From Eledone cirrhosa (taxonomy: Eukaryota): 64,000 nucleotides of DNA. The position numbers and the translations under genes are program-made. The DNA is taken from NCBI GenBank assembly GCA_964016885.1, contig OZ024743.1, positions 234,608,001-234,672,000 of the forward strand. Direction: 5' to 3'. Below the pieces are notes generated by a model, which did not search any database, was not told where the DNA came from, and saw only the letters and a program-made list of their open reading frames with translations. Shown here one piece after another: positions 1 through 12,900 of the stretch (positions within the stretch are counted from its first letter, which is position 1; every line of letters begins with the position of its first letter).

Positions 1-2790
1 CCCAGGTTTTTCTGGGTCTGCCTACTCCGTGGCTACCATCTATCTTTATTGCCCTGCACTTTGTTATACAGCTGTCGTCTTTCATGCGAATCACGTGACC
101 ATACCAACGTAGCCTTCTCTCGAGTAAACAACATCTGATCCCTCTTATTTCTAATTTTTTCCTTAGTTCGTTTATGCTTTGCCGTTCGCGTATATTACTA
201 TTACACATCCAGCGGAGCATGCAAGCTTCGTTCCTCTCTAGTCTGCGTATATCCTCTGCACACAATGCCCAGGTCTCACTGCCATGCAACATTGCTGTTC
301 GTATGCAGGCATCATACAACCTGCCTTTCACTTTTAGGGAGAACCCTTTAGCGGCTAATAGTGGTATAAGCTCTCTGAACTTTTTCCATCCAGTTCTGAC
401 TCTAGCTACTGTACTTTCGGAGCACCCTCCCCCACTGCTGATTTTGTCACCCAGGTAACGGAAGCTGTCCACTATTTCTATAGAACCCTCTGCGCAGTTG
501 AAAGAGCTAGTATTTTGTGGGCACTTGCTGCTACTTATTGCACCAGAGCACCGGCCACATGTAAAATCTATGTTCTTAGTTAGCTTACCTGTGATCCCAC
601 TACATCTTTTATGCACCCATACTTTGCATTTGGGACATAAAATAGAGTTTCTACCTATGCCTTTCCTACACACTGAGCATGGCCATTTCCCGGACGGGAC
701 CGGCGCCCTATTTTCCTTCCTACAAACTAGAACTTTAGTCTTAGCCAGGTTAATTTTAAGGCCTTTTGATTCTAGGCCGTGCTTCCATGTTTGGAATTTC
801 TTCTCTAGTTCGGCCATTGATTCAGCTATGAGCGTTAGATCATCTGCGTATAGGTGTTCCCATGGGCAGCTTGAACTCCACTGTTATAGCCTGAAGGGCA
901 ATAATAAATAGTAGGGGGCTAAGAACGGAGCCCTGATGAACACCAACTTTTACGCTAAACTCTTCACTATATTCGTTGTTAATTCTAACCTTGCTGACTG
1001 TTTCTTTATACATGGCTTGTATAGCTCTCACAAGCCATTCATCAACACTTAGTTTTCTAAGAGCCCACCGGATAATGGAACGAGGGACTCTGTCGAAGGC
1101 TTTCTCCAAGTCGACAAAAGCTAAGTATAGGGGTTTACTTTTAGCTAGGTACTTCTGTAGTTGTCATACAATGAAAAGAGCATCTGTGGTACTTTTGCCT
1201 GATACAAACCCGAACTGCATTTCATCTAGATCAATTCTCTCTCTGATTAGTTGCGCTATTACTTTTTCCGTGACCTTCATGACCTGGTCGATTAATTTAA
1301 TGCCTCTATAGTTACTCCTATCTAGGGCATCTCCTTTACCCTTGTAACAGTTAATGATGATGATGCTATGCCAGTCCTTCGGAACAACCCCATTCTGTAT
1401 GACTTGGTTTACTATCCGGGTGACCATGGTGTGTCCCACCGTTCCAGAGGCTTTCAGCATCTCAGCAATATTTCCGAAGGCCCAGCCGCCTTACCCGTCT
1501 TCATATCCTTGATTGCCTTACTTATTATACTACCCTCGACTAACACTGCTGGTCCCTCTATTGGGTCGATGTGGGGGAGACTGTCTTTCTCCCATTTATT
1601 CTCCTCATTTAGTAGCCTTTCGTAGTGACACTTCCAAGCTACCTTCTTATCAGCGTCAGTGATGGCAAGTACACCATCATCATTAAGTACACACTTCTCC
1701 CCGACAATATCATGGTTTTCCTTGACACATTGCCTAGCAATCCTGAACACCTCACGTTTTTGGTCCTCGCGTTGTAGAACATGCTTGAACTTTCTTTCCT
1801 CTGCTTCCCTTCTTGCGAAGTACACTTGTTTCCTAGCTTACCTCCTGGCCACTTGATAGTCTTCTCTACTTCCCCCATCCCGCCATACTTTCCAAGCCTG
1901 CTTTTTGGCCTTAATTGACTCCCCCACCTTACTGTTCCACCACCATGTTACTCTCCTCCTGCCTATAGGCCTGCTCCAGCCACAGACTTCGTCTGCCGCC
2001 ATCAGCAGGTTTGCTTTCAGGAATTCCCACTGTTCCTCTATATTGTACGACTCTAATTGCTCTTCCTTACTGTCGAAAGCATCAAGTAATATGCTTTTAA
2101 ATTTATTTCTGGCTGTAGGGTCCTTTAGCTTCCATATTTTTCTCCTGAGGATAGTCCTCTTCTGCTGTCGAGTACGTCTCGTCCTGACTATGAGGTCGCT
2201 AATTATCAGTATATCTTGGGAGGTGCATTCTTCATGGGGGAGGGATTTAGTGTTTACAACAGACACTCTGTCACGTCTTCTGGTAAGGATATAATCTACC
2301 TGGCTGGTATGTTCCCCTGATCTGTAGGTGATCAAGTGATTGTCTCGTTTTTTGAAGTTAGTGTTACAGATAGTTAGGTTATTTGCATCACAGAATTCCA
2401 GGATTCTGGAGCCTTCCTCGTTTCTAGTACCAAACCCATAGCCTCCGTGGATTCCATCATAGCCGTCACAATGTTGTCCAACGTGACCATTTAGGTCGCC
2501 AGCAATAATTATATAATCACTGCCGGTTATTTGGGAGGTAGTGAGCATCAGTGTCTCATAGAAACTGTCTTTTATAGCGCCAGGCAGTCCGGATTGGGGC
2601 GCGTACGCAGATATTACCGTCACAGTAGTTCTATTTAGAACAAGTCTTATTTTAATTATTCTGTCATTCACTCTATTTACGTCTATTATCTTATCCACCC
2701 ATTTTTCTGCTACCATGATTCCTACCATACCAAGCCCATTGTCATTTCCCACCCAGAAAAGCTTATAGCATCGTTTTTTACCCATAATAT
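1..2790 (-). mobile_element. RTE-clade LINE, 5'-truncated and decayed copy (APE + RT); 3' end lies left of the window
   Basis: Colinear with and highly similar to 3752-6545. ORF pieces include APE (AGDLNGHVG, SQVDYIL) and RT (EKAFDRVPR, GVHQGSVLSPLLF). Relative to the intact copy there are small deletions near 869, 1155 and 1468 and a stop at ~1838. Confidence 0.93.
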
Positions 2791-2832
2791 ATATATACAT
2801 TTTTTACCCATAATATATATATACATATATAC

Positions 2833-2881
<49 letters not shown>

Positions 2882-3020
2882 CATATATATATATACCCTT
2901 AAAGCGATGAAATGCCGAGGACGGTTGGAGGGTCACTGATGAGGACTCACTTTTTCATATGTATCCCATTTGCAACGCCGCAGCTCCATTATCACCATAT
3001 TTATACATATATATATATAC

Positions 3021-3065
<45 letters not shown>

Positions 3066-3066
3066 C

Positions 3067-3115
<49 letters not shown>

Positions 3116-3132
3116 CATATATATATATACAT
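2791..3132. repeat. (TA)n/(TATAC)n microsatellite with a ~105-bp unique island (2896-3002)
   Basis: Read directly from the sequence. Confidence 0.95.
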
Positions 3133-3238
3133 ATCATCATCATCATCATCATCAGGTTTAGCGTCCGTGTTCCACGCTTGCATGGGTTTGGACGGGGGTT
3201 TTCCCACTTGAGGCAAGAGTGGTTGTCTTGCTCGCATA

Positions 3239-3470
3239 GGACTGTCTGGCGGGTTTTCTACAGTTGGATGCCCTTCCTAACACCAACCACATTTACAGTG
3301 TGGGGCTGGGAGGTTTTTACCGTGTTGCCTACACGGCCACATTACAGCGTGGACTGTCTGGCGGGTTTTCTACAGCTGGATGCCCTTCCTAACACCAACC
3401 ACATTTACAGTGTGGGGCCGGGAGGTTTTTACCGTGTTGCCTACACGGCCACATTTACAGCGTGGACTGT
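3239..3470 (-). repeat. Two tandem 112-113 bp repeats in the RTE 3' UTR
   Basis: ggactgtctggcgggttttctacag... starts at 3239 and 3351, with a third partial start (ggactgt) at 3464. Confidence 0.9.
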
Positions 3471-3644
3471 GTGTTTTTTGTCGTGACACCTACACGATCT
3501 CATTTGTTTCGGCCTGGATGTTGTGGGGCCAACATAACTTTACATTGAAAGGGGCGGTGTGGGTGGGGTGGAGGTGGAGGTGGTGGGACGGGGGTGTGTT
3601 TTGATAGAGGTGCCTACTGACTGTAGTAGGTTTTTACTTTGTAT

Positions 3645-6600
3645 TTAGGTAAGGCGGGTCTTCTCTATTACTGAGTACCGCCAAAGGTCTCGGTCCAGTG
3701 ACATTGTCTTGGAGAGGTGTAAGCGTGTGAGGTCGGAAATTATCAGCTCGTCCCATGTTTTTCTGGGTCTGCCTACTCCGTGGCTACCGTCTATCTTTAT
3801 TGCCCTGCACTTTGTTATACAGCTGTCGTCTTTCATGCGCATCACGTGACCGTACCAACGTAGCCTTCTCTCGAGTAAACAACATCTGATCCCTCTTATT
3901 TCTAATTTTTTCCTTAGTTCGTTTATGCTTTGCCGTTCACGTATATTACTATTGCACATCCAGCGGAGCATGCAAGCTTCGTTCCTCTCTAGTCTGCGTA
4001 TATCCTCTGCACACAATGCCCAGGTCTCACTGCCATGCAGCATTGCTGTTCGTATGCAGGCATCGTATAACCTGCCTTTCATTTTTAGGGAGAACCCTCT
4101 AGCGGCTAATAGTGGTATAAGCTCTCTGAACTTTTTCCATCCAGTTCTGACTCTAGCTACTGTACTTTCAGAGCACCCTCCCCCACTGCTGATTTTGTCA
4201 CCCAGATAACGGAAGCTATCCACTATTTCTATAGAACCCTCTGCGCAGTTGAAGGAGCTAGTATTTTGTGGGCACTTGCTGCTACTTATTGCACCAGAGC
4301 ACCGGCCACATGTAAAATCTATGTTCTTAGTTAGCTTACCTGTGATCCCACTACATCTTTTATGCACCCATACTTTGCATTTGGGACATAAAATGGAGTT
4401 TCTACCTACGCCTTTCCTACACACTGAGCATGGCCATTTCCCCGATGGGACCGCCGCCTTATTTTCTTTCCTACAAACTAGAACTTTAGTCTTAGCCAGG
4501 TTAATTTTAAGGCCTTTTGATTCTAGGCCGTGCTTCCACGTTTGGAATTTCTTCTCTAGTTCGGTCATTGATTCAGCTATGAGCGTTAGATCATCTGCGT
4601 ATAGGAGTTCCCATGGGCAGCCGGTCTTGAACTCCTCTGTTATAGCCTGAAGGGCAATAATAAATAGTAGGGGGCTAAGTACAGAGCCCTGATGGACACC
4701 AACTTTTACGCTAAACTCTTCACTATATTCGTTGTTAATTCTAACCTTACTGACTGTTTCTTTATACATGGCTTGTATAGCTCTCACAAGCCATTCGTCA
4801 ACACCTAGTTTTCTAAGAGACCACCAGATAATGGAACGGGGGACTCTGTCGAAGGCTTTCTCCAAGTCGACAAAAGCTAAGTATAGGGGTTTACTTTTAG
4901 CTAGGTACTTCTCCTGTAGTTGTCGTACAATGAAAAGAGCGTCTGTGGTACTTTTGCCTGACACAAACCCGAACTGCATTTCATCTAGATCAATTCTCTC
5001 TCTGATTAGTTGCGCTATTACTTTTTCCGTGACCTTCATGACCTGGTCGATTAATTTAATGCCTCTATAGTTACTCCTATCTAGGGCATCTCCTTTTCCC
5101 TTATAGCAGTTAACGATGATGCTGCTACGCCATTCCTTCGGAACAACCCCATTCTGTACGACTTGGTTAACTATCCGGGTGACCATGGTGTGTCCCACCG
5201 AACCAGATGCCTTCAGCATCTCAGCAACTATTTCCGAAGGCCCAGCCGCCTTACCCGTCTTCATATCTTTGATTGCCTTACTTATTATACTACCTTCAAC
5301 TAACACTGCTGGTCCCTCTATTGGATCGATCTGGGGGAGACTATCTTTCTCCCATTTGTTCTCCTCATTTAGAAGCCTTTCGTAGTGACACTTCCAAGCT
5401 ACCTTCTTATCAGCGTCGGTGATGGCAAGTATGCCATCATCGTTAAGTACACACTTCTCCCCGACAATATCACGGTTTTCCTTGACACATTGCCTGGCAA
5501 TCCTGAACACCTCACGTTTTTGGTCCTCACGTTGTAGAACATGCTTGAACTTTCTTTCCTCTGCTTCCCTTCTTGCGAAGTACACTTGTCTCCTAGCTTC
5601 CCTCCTGGCCACTTGATAGTCTTCTCTACTTCCCCCATCCCGCCATACTTTCCAAGCCTGCTTTTTGGCCTTAATTGACTCCTCCACCTTACTGTTCCAC
5701 CACCATGTTACTCTCCTCCTACCTACAGGCCTGCTCCAGCCACAGACTTCGTCTGCCGCCGTCAGCAGGTTTGCTCTCAGGAATTCCCACTGTTCCTCTA
5801 TATTATATGACTCTAATTGCTCTTCCTTACTGTCGAAAGCGTCAAGTAATTTGCTTTGAAATTTATTTCTGGCTATGGGGTCCTTTAGCTTCCATATTTT
5901 TCTCCTGAGGATAGTCCTCTTTCGCTGTCTAGTACGTCTCGTCCTGACTATGAGGTCGCTAATTATCAGTCTATGTTGGGAGGTGAATTCTTCATGGGGG
6001 TGGGATTTAGTGTTAACAACAGACACTCTGTCACGTCTTCTGGTAAGGATATAATCTACCTGGCTTGTGTGTTCCCCCGACCTATAGGTGATCAAGTGAT
6101 TGTCTCGTTTTTTGAAGTTAGTGTTACAGATAGTTAAGTTATTTGCGTCGCAGAATTCCAGGATTCTGGAGCCTTCCTCATTTCTAGTACCGAACCCATA
6201 GCCTCCATGGATTCCGTCATAGCCGTCACAATGTTGTCCAACGTGACCATTTAGGTCGCCTGCAATAACTATATAGTCACTGTCGGTTATTTGGGAGGTA
6301 GCGAGCATCAGTGTCTCGTAGAATCTGTCTTTTATAGCGCGGGGCTGTCCGGATTGGGGTGCGTACGCAGATATTACTGTCACCGTAGTTTTATTGAGGA
6401 CAAGTCTTATTTTAATTATTCTGTCGTTCACTCTATTTACGTCTATTATCTTATCTGCCCACTTTTCTGCTACCATGATTCCTACCCCACCCAACCCATT
6501 GTCATTTCCCACCCAGAAAAGCTTATAGCATCGCTCTTTACCCACGATGAATCTAGCCGACCCTCCCCTCCACCTGGTCTCTTGAATACAACAAACATCG

Positions 6601-6890
6601 ACCTCCTTACGTTCAAGCATTTCTACAACCTCGTTCGAGCGACCCTTTAAGGTGCCTACATTCATGGTACCAACTCTGAAGTTTTGGATTGCGTTTGGAG
6701 GGTGGGAGCGGTGGGGCGCGGGGGGGGATGGGGTTATGTTAGCCATCCTGGGCCGAAACAAGGAGGAGTGCTTGCATTCTCGTCCACGAGGTGAATTTGG
6801 CTTTATCTTTGGCATTGTCGCTGAGCGTCCACATTTTTCTCTCTTCAACTCTCCAGAATTCCGTAGTCCATCCATCATATCGAAAAGCAA
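3645..6890 (-). CDS. RTE LINE polyprotein, 1081 aa: AP endonuclease, reverse transcriptase and PHD-like Cys/His finger
   Basis: APE motifs GTMNVGTL, CIQETRW, SAYAPQ, GDLNGHVG, SQVDYIL, SQH. RT motifs KAAGP, NYRGIKL, QFGF, FVDLEKAFDRVPR, GVHQGSVLSPLLF, YADD, FRYLG. C-terminal RRLRWYGHVMR...GRPRKTW is typical of RTE. No interruptions. Confidence 0.96.
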   Translation of the reverse strand: MLFDMMDGLRNSGELKREKCGRSATMPKIKPNSPRGRECKHSSLFRPRMANITPSPPAPHRSHPPNAIQNFRVGTMNVGTLKGRSNEVVEMLERKEVDVCCIQETRWRGGSARFIVGKERCYKLFWVGNDNGLGGVGIMVAEKWADKIIDVNRVNDRIIKIRLVLNKTTVTVISAYAPQSGQPRAIKDRFYETLMLATSQITDSDYIVIAGDLNGHVGQHCDGYDGIHGGYGFGTRNEEGSRILEFCDANNLTICNTNFKKRDNHLITYRSGEHTSQVDYILTRRRDRVSVVNTKSHPHEEFTSQHRLIISDLIVRTRRTRQRKRTILRRKIWKLKDPIARNKFQSKLLDAFDSKEEQLESYNIEEQWEFLRANLLTAADEVCGWSRPVGRRRVTWWWNSKVEESIKAKKQAWKVWRDGGSREDYQVARREARRQVYFARREAEERKFKHVLQREDQKREVFRIARQCVKENRDIVGEKCVLNDDGILAITDADKKVAWKCHYERLLNEENKWEKDSLPQIDPIEGPAVLVEGSIISKAIKDMKTGKAAGPSEIVAEMLKASGSVGHTMVTRIVNQVVQNGVVPKEWRSSIIVNCYKGKGDALDRSNYRGIKLIDQVMKVTEKVIAQLIRERIDLDEMQFGFVSGKSTTDALFIVRQLQEKYLAKSKPLYLAFVDLEKAFDRVPRSIIWWSLRKLGVDEWLVRAIQAMYKETVSKVRINNEYSEEFSVKVGVHQGSVLSPLLFIIALQAITEEFKTGCPWELLYADDLTLIAESMTELEKKFQTWKHGLESKGLKINLAKTKVLVCRKENKAAVPSGKWPCSVCRKGVGRNSILCPKCKVWVHKRCSGITGKLTKNIDFTCGRCSGAISSSKCPQNTSSFNCAEGSIEIVDSFRYLGDKISSGGGCSESTVARVRTGWKKFRELIPLLAARGFSLKMKGRLYDACIRTAMLHGSETWALCAEDIRRLERNEACMLRWMCNSNIRERQSINELRKKLEIRGIRCCLLERRLRWYGHVMRMKDDSCITKCRAIKIDGSHGVGRPRKTWDELIISDLTRLHLSKTMSLDRDLWRYSVIEKTRLT

Positions 6891-6981
6891 CCAGTTAAGC
6901 GATAGTATGGGCCTCTGACTTATGATTGGTCCACGTAATAATGGTGGTGCGTGGGGGCGGGAGGGAGGGATGATGGGTTGT

Positions 6982-9900
6982 TAGCGAGAATGTAAGGATT
7001 AAGATAAGATCGCCGTATTTTGGGCATGATTTAACAATAAACGAAAATACAAGATTTGTTTTGTTTAAGAAATTGCGATAGAGAAAATGCGGTGGTAGGG
7101 GAAGTATGATTTTTAGAGAAAAGATATGATATATAATGGTGAAAATATGATATAGTGTGAAATTAGGACATAGAAGTGATTGAATGAATGGGTTCGGATG
7201 GAGAGAAGGATCGAGAAAGAAATTGGGCATAATTTAACAATAAACGAAAATACAAGATTTGTTTTGTTTAAGAAATTACGATAGAGAAAATGCGGTGGTA
7301 GGGGAAGTATGATTTTTAGAGAAAAGATATGATATATAGATATGATATATAATGGTGAAAATATGATATAGTGTGAAATTAGGACATAGAAGTGATTGAA
7401 TGAATGGGTTCGGATGGAGAGAAGGATCGAGAAAGAAATTGGGCATAATTTAACAATAAACGAAAATACAAGATTTGTTTTGTTTAAGAAATTACGATAG
7501 CGAGAATGTAAGGATTAAGATAAGATCGCCGTATTTTGGGCATGATTTAACAATAAACGAAAATACAAGATTTGTTTTGTTTAAGAAATTGCGATAGAGA
7601 AAATGCGGTGGTAGGGGAAGTATGATTTTTAGAGAAAAGATATGATATATAATGGTGAAAATATGATATAGTGTGAAATTAGGACATAGAAGTGATTGAA
7701 TGAATGGGTTCGGATGGAGAGAAGGATCGAGAAAGAAATTGGGCATAATTTAACAATAAACGAAAATACAAGATTTGTTTTGTTTAAGAAATTACGATAG
7801 AGAAAATGCGGTGGTAGGGGAAGTATGATTTTTAGAGAAAAGATATGATATATAGATATGATATATAATGGTGAAAATATGATATAGTGTGAAATTAGGA
7901 CATAGAAGTGATTGAATGAATGGGTTCGGATGGAGAGAAGGATCGAGAAAGAAATTGGGCATAATTTAACAATAAACGAAAATACAAGATTTGTTTTGTT
8001 TAAGAAATTACGATAGCGAGAATGTAAGGATTAAGATAAGATCGCCGTATTTTGGGCATGATTTAACAATAAACGAAAATACAAGATTTGTTTTGTTTAA
8101 GAAATTGCGATAGAGAAAATGCGGTGGTAGGGGAAGTATGATTTTTAGAGAAAAGATATGATATATAATGGTGAAAATATGATATAGTGTGAAATTAGGA
8201 CATAGAAGTGATTGAATGAATGGGTTCGGATGGAGAGAAGGATCGAGAAAGAAATTGGGCATAATTTAACAATAAACGAAAATACAAGATTTGTTTTGTT
8301 TAAGAAATTACGATAGAGAAAATGCGGTGGTAGGGGAAGTATGATTTTTAGAGAAAAGATATGATATATAGATATGATATATAATGGTGAAAATATGATA
8401 TAGTGTGAAATTAGGACATAGAAGTGATTGAATGAATGGGTTCGGATGGAGAGAAGGATCGAGAAAGAAATTGGGCATAATTTAACAATAAACGAAAATA
8501 CAAGATTTGTTTTGTTTAAGAAATTACGATAGAGAAAATGCGGTGGTAGGGGAAGTATGATTTTTAGAGAAAAGATATGATATATAGATATGATATATAA
8601 TGGTGAAAATATGATATAGTGTGAAATTAGGACATAGAAGTGATTGAATGAATGGGTTCGGATGGAGAGAAGGATCGAGAAAGAAATTGGGCATAATTTA
8701 ACAATAAACGAAAATACAAGATTTGTTTTGTTTAAGAAATTACGATAGCGAGAATGTAAGGATTAAGATAAGATCGCCGTATTTTGGGCATGATTTAACA
8801 ATAAACGAAAATACAAGATTTGTTTTGTTTAAGAAATTGCGATAGAGAAAATGCGGTGGTAGGGGAAGTATGATTTTTAGAGAAAAGATATGATATATAA
8901 TGGTGAAAATATGATATAGTGTGAAATTAGGACATAGAAGTGATTGAATGAATGGGTTCGGATGGAGAGAAGGATCGAGAAAGAAATTGGGCATAATTTA
9001 ACAATAAACGAAAATACAAGATTTGTTTTGTTTAAGAAATTACGATAGAGAAAATGCGGTGGTAGGGGAAGTATGATTTTTAGAGAAAAGATATGATATA
9101 TAGATATGATATATAATGGTGAAAATATGATATAGTGTGAAATTAGGACATAGAAGTGATTGAATGAATGGGTTCGGATGGAGAGAAGGATCGAGAAAGA
9201 AATTGGGCATAATTTAACAATAAACGAAAATACAAGATTTGTTTTGTTTAAGAAATTACGATAGCGAGAATGTAAGGATTAAGATAAGATCGCCGTATTT
9301 TGGGCATGATTTAACAATAAACGAAAATACAAGATTTGTTTTGTTTAAGAAATTGCGATAGAGAAAATGCGGTGGTAGGGGAAGTATGATTTTTAGAGAA
9401 AAGATATGATATATAATGGTGAAAATATGATATAGTGTGAAATTAGGACATAGAAGTGATTGAATGAATGGGTTCGGATGGAGAGAAGGATCGAGAAAGA
9501 AATTGGGCATAATTTAACAATAAACGAAAATACAAGATTTGTTTTGTTTAAGAAATTACGATAGAGAAAATGCGGTGGTAGGGGAAGTATGATTTTTAGA
9601 GAAAAGATATGATATATAGATATGATATATAATGGTGAAAATATGATATAGTGTGAAATTAGGACATAGAAGTGATTGAATGAATGGGTTCGGATGGAGA
9701 GAAGGATCGAGAAAGAAATTGGGCATAATTTAACAATAAACGAAAATACAAGATTTGTTTTGTTTAAGAAATTACGATAGCGAGAATGTAAGGATTAAGA
9801 TAAGATCGCCGTATTTTGGGCATGATTTAACAATAAACGAAAATACAAGATTTGTTTTGTTTAAGAAATTGCGATAGAGAAAATGCGGTGGTAGGGGAAG

Positions 9901-12900
9901 TATGATTTTTAGAGAAAAGATATGATATATAATGGTGAAAATATGATATAGTGTGAAATTAGGACATAGAAGTGATTGAATGAATGGGTTCGGATGGAGA
10001 GAAGGATCGAGAAAGAAATTGGGCATAATTTAACAATAAACGAAAATACAAGATTTGTTTTGTTTAAGAAATTACGATAGAGAAAATGCGGTGGTAGGGG
10101 AAGTATGATTTTTAGAGAAAAGATATGATATATAGATATGATATATAATGGTGAAAATATGATATAGTGTGAAATTAGGACATAGAAGTGATTGAATGAA
10201 TGGGTTCGGATGGAGAGAAGGATCGAGAAAGAAATTGGGCATAATTTAACAATAAACGAAAATACAAGATTTGTTTTGTTTAAGAAATTACGATAGCGAG
10301 AATGTAAGGATTAAGATAAGATCGCCGTATTTTGGGCATGATTTAACAATAAACGAAAATACAAGATTTGTTTTGTTTAAGAAATTGCGATAGAGAAAAT
10401 GCGGTGGTAGGGGAAGTATGATTTTTAGAGAAAAGATATGATATATAATGGTGAAAATATGATATAGTGTGAAATTAGGACATAGAAGTGATTGAATGAA
10501 TGGGTTCGGATGGAGAGAAGGATCGAGAAAGAAATTGGGCATAATTTAACAATAAACGAAAATACAAGATTTGTTTTGTTTAAGAAATTACGATAGAGAA
10601 AATGCGGTGGTAGGGGAAGTATGATTTTTAGAGAAAAGATATGATATATAGATATGATATATAATGGTGAAAATATGATATAGTGTGAAATTAGGACATA
10701 GAAGTGATTGAATGAATGGGTTCGGATGGAGAGAAGGATCGAGAAAGAAATTGGGCATAATTTAACAATAAACGAAAATACAAGATTTGTTTTGTTTAAG
10801 AAATTACGATAGAGAAAATGCGGTGGTAGGGGAAGTATGATTTTTAGAGAAAAGATATGATATATAGATATGATATATAATGGTGAAAATATGATATAGT
10901 GTGAAATTAGGACATAGAAGTGATTGAATGAATGGGTTCGGATGGAGAGAAGGATCGAGAAAGAAATTGGGCATAATTTAACAATAAACGAAAATACAAG
11001 ATTTGTTTTGTTTAAGAAATTACGATAGCGAGAATGTAAGGATTAAGATAAGATCGCCGTATTTTGGGCATGATTTAACAATAAACGAAAATACAAGATT
11101 TGTTTTGTTTAAGAAATTGCGATAGAGAAAATGCGGTGGTAGGGGAAGTATGATTTTTAGAGAAAAGATATGATATATAATGGTGAAAATATGATATAGT
11201 GTGAAATTAGGACATAGAAGTGATTGAATGAATGGGTTCGGATGGAGAGAAGGATCGAGAAAGAAATTGGGCATAATTTAACAATAAACGAAAATACAAG
11301 ATTTGTTTTGTTTAAGAAATTACGATAGAGAAAATGCGGTGGTAGGGGAAGTATGATTTTTAGAGAAAAGATATGATATATAGATATGATATATAATGGT
11401 GAAAATATGATATAGTGTGAAATTAGGACATAGAAGTGATTGAATGAATGGGTTCGGATGGAGAGAAGGATCGAGAAAGAAATTGGGCATAATTTAACAA
11501 TAAACGAAAATACAAGATTTGTTTTGTTTAAGAAATTACGATAGCGAGAATGTAAGGATTAAGATAAGATCGCCGTATTTTGGGCATGATTTAACAATAA
11601 ACGAAAATACAAGATTTGTTTTGTTTAAGAAATTGCGATAGAGAAAATGCGGTGGTAGGGGAAGTATGATTTTTAGAGAAAAGATATGATATATAATGGT
11701 GAAAATATGATATAGTGTGAAATTAGGACATAGAAGTGATTGAATGAATGGGTTCGGATGGAGAGAAGGATCGAGAAAGAAATTGGGCATAATTTAACAA
11801 TAAACGAAAATACAAGATTTGTTTTGTTTAAGAAATTACGATAGAGAAAATGCGGTGGTAGGGGAAGTATGATTTTTAGAGAAAAGATATGATATATAGA
11901 TATGATATATAATGGTGAAAATATGATATAGTGTGAAATTAGGACATAGAAGTGATTGAATGAATGGGTTCGGATGGAGAGAAGGATCGAGAAAGAAATT
12001 GGGCATAATTTAACAATAAACGAAAATACAAGATTTGTTTTGTTTAAGAAATTACGATAGCGAGAATGTAAGGATTAAGATAAGATCGCCGTATTTTGGG
12101 CATGATTTAACAATAAACGAAAATACAAGATTTGTTTTGTTTAAGAAATTGCGATAGAGAAAATGCGGTGGTAGGGGAAGTATGATTTTTAGAGAAAAGA
12201 TATGATATATAATGGTGAAAATATGATATAGTGTGAAATTAGGACATAGAAGTGATTGAATGAATGGGTTCGGATGGAGAGAAGGATCGAGAAAGAAATT
12301 GGGCATAATTTAACAATAAACGAAAATACAAGATTTGTTTTGTTTAAGAAATTACGATAGAGAAAATGCGGTGGTAGGGGAAGTATGATTTTTAGAGAAA
12401 AGATATGATATATAGATATGATATATAATGGTGAAAATATGATATAGTGTGAAATTAGGACATAGAAGTGATTGAATGAATGGGTTCGGATGGAGAGAAG
12501 GATCGAGAAAGAAATTGGGCATAATTTAACAATAAACGAAAATACAAGATTTGTTTTGTTTAAGAAATTACGATAGCGAGAATGTAAGGATTAAGATAAG
12601 ATCGCCGTATTTTGGGCATGATTTAACAATAAACGAAAATACAAGATTTGTTTTGTTTAAGAAATTGCGATAGAGAAAATGCGGTGGTAGGGGAAGTATG
12701 ATTTTTAGAGAAAAGATATGATATATAATGGTGAAAATATGATATAGTGTGAAATTAGGACATAGAAGTGATTGAATGAATGGGTTCGGATGGAGAGAAG
12801 GATCGAGAAAGAAATTGGGCATAATTTAACAATAAACGAAAATACAAGATTTGTTTTGTTTAAGAAATTACGATAGAGAAAATGCGGTGGTAGGGGAAGT

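Noticed and set aside
2896-3002. CTGATGAGGAC in the small island as a hammerhead
   Set aside because: No closing stem II followed by GAAA downstream; the island's origin is unresolved.
174-6918. Plus-strand ORFs overlapping the RTE copies
   Set aside because: Antisense shadows of the RT ORF with no domain features.
6982-7500. Back-splicing origin of the repeat junction, or a 5' HDV/hammerhead ribozyme in the monomer
   Set aside because: No GT donor at the junction on either strand. The element-sense strand is G-poor and I saw no ribozyme core.
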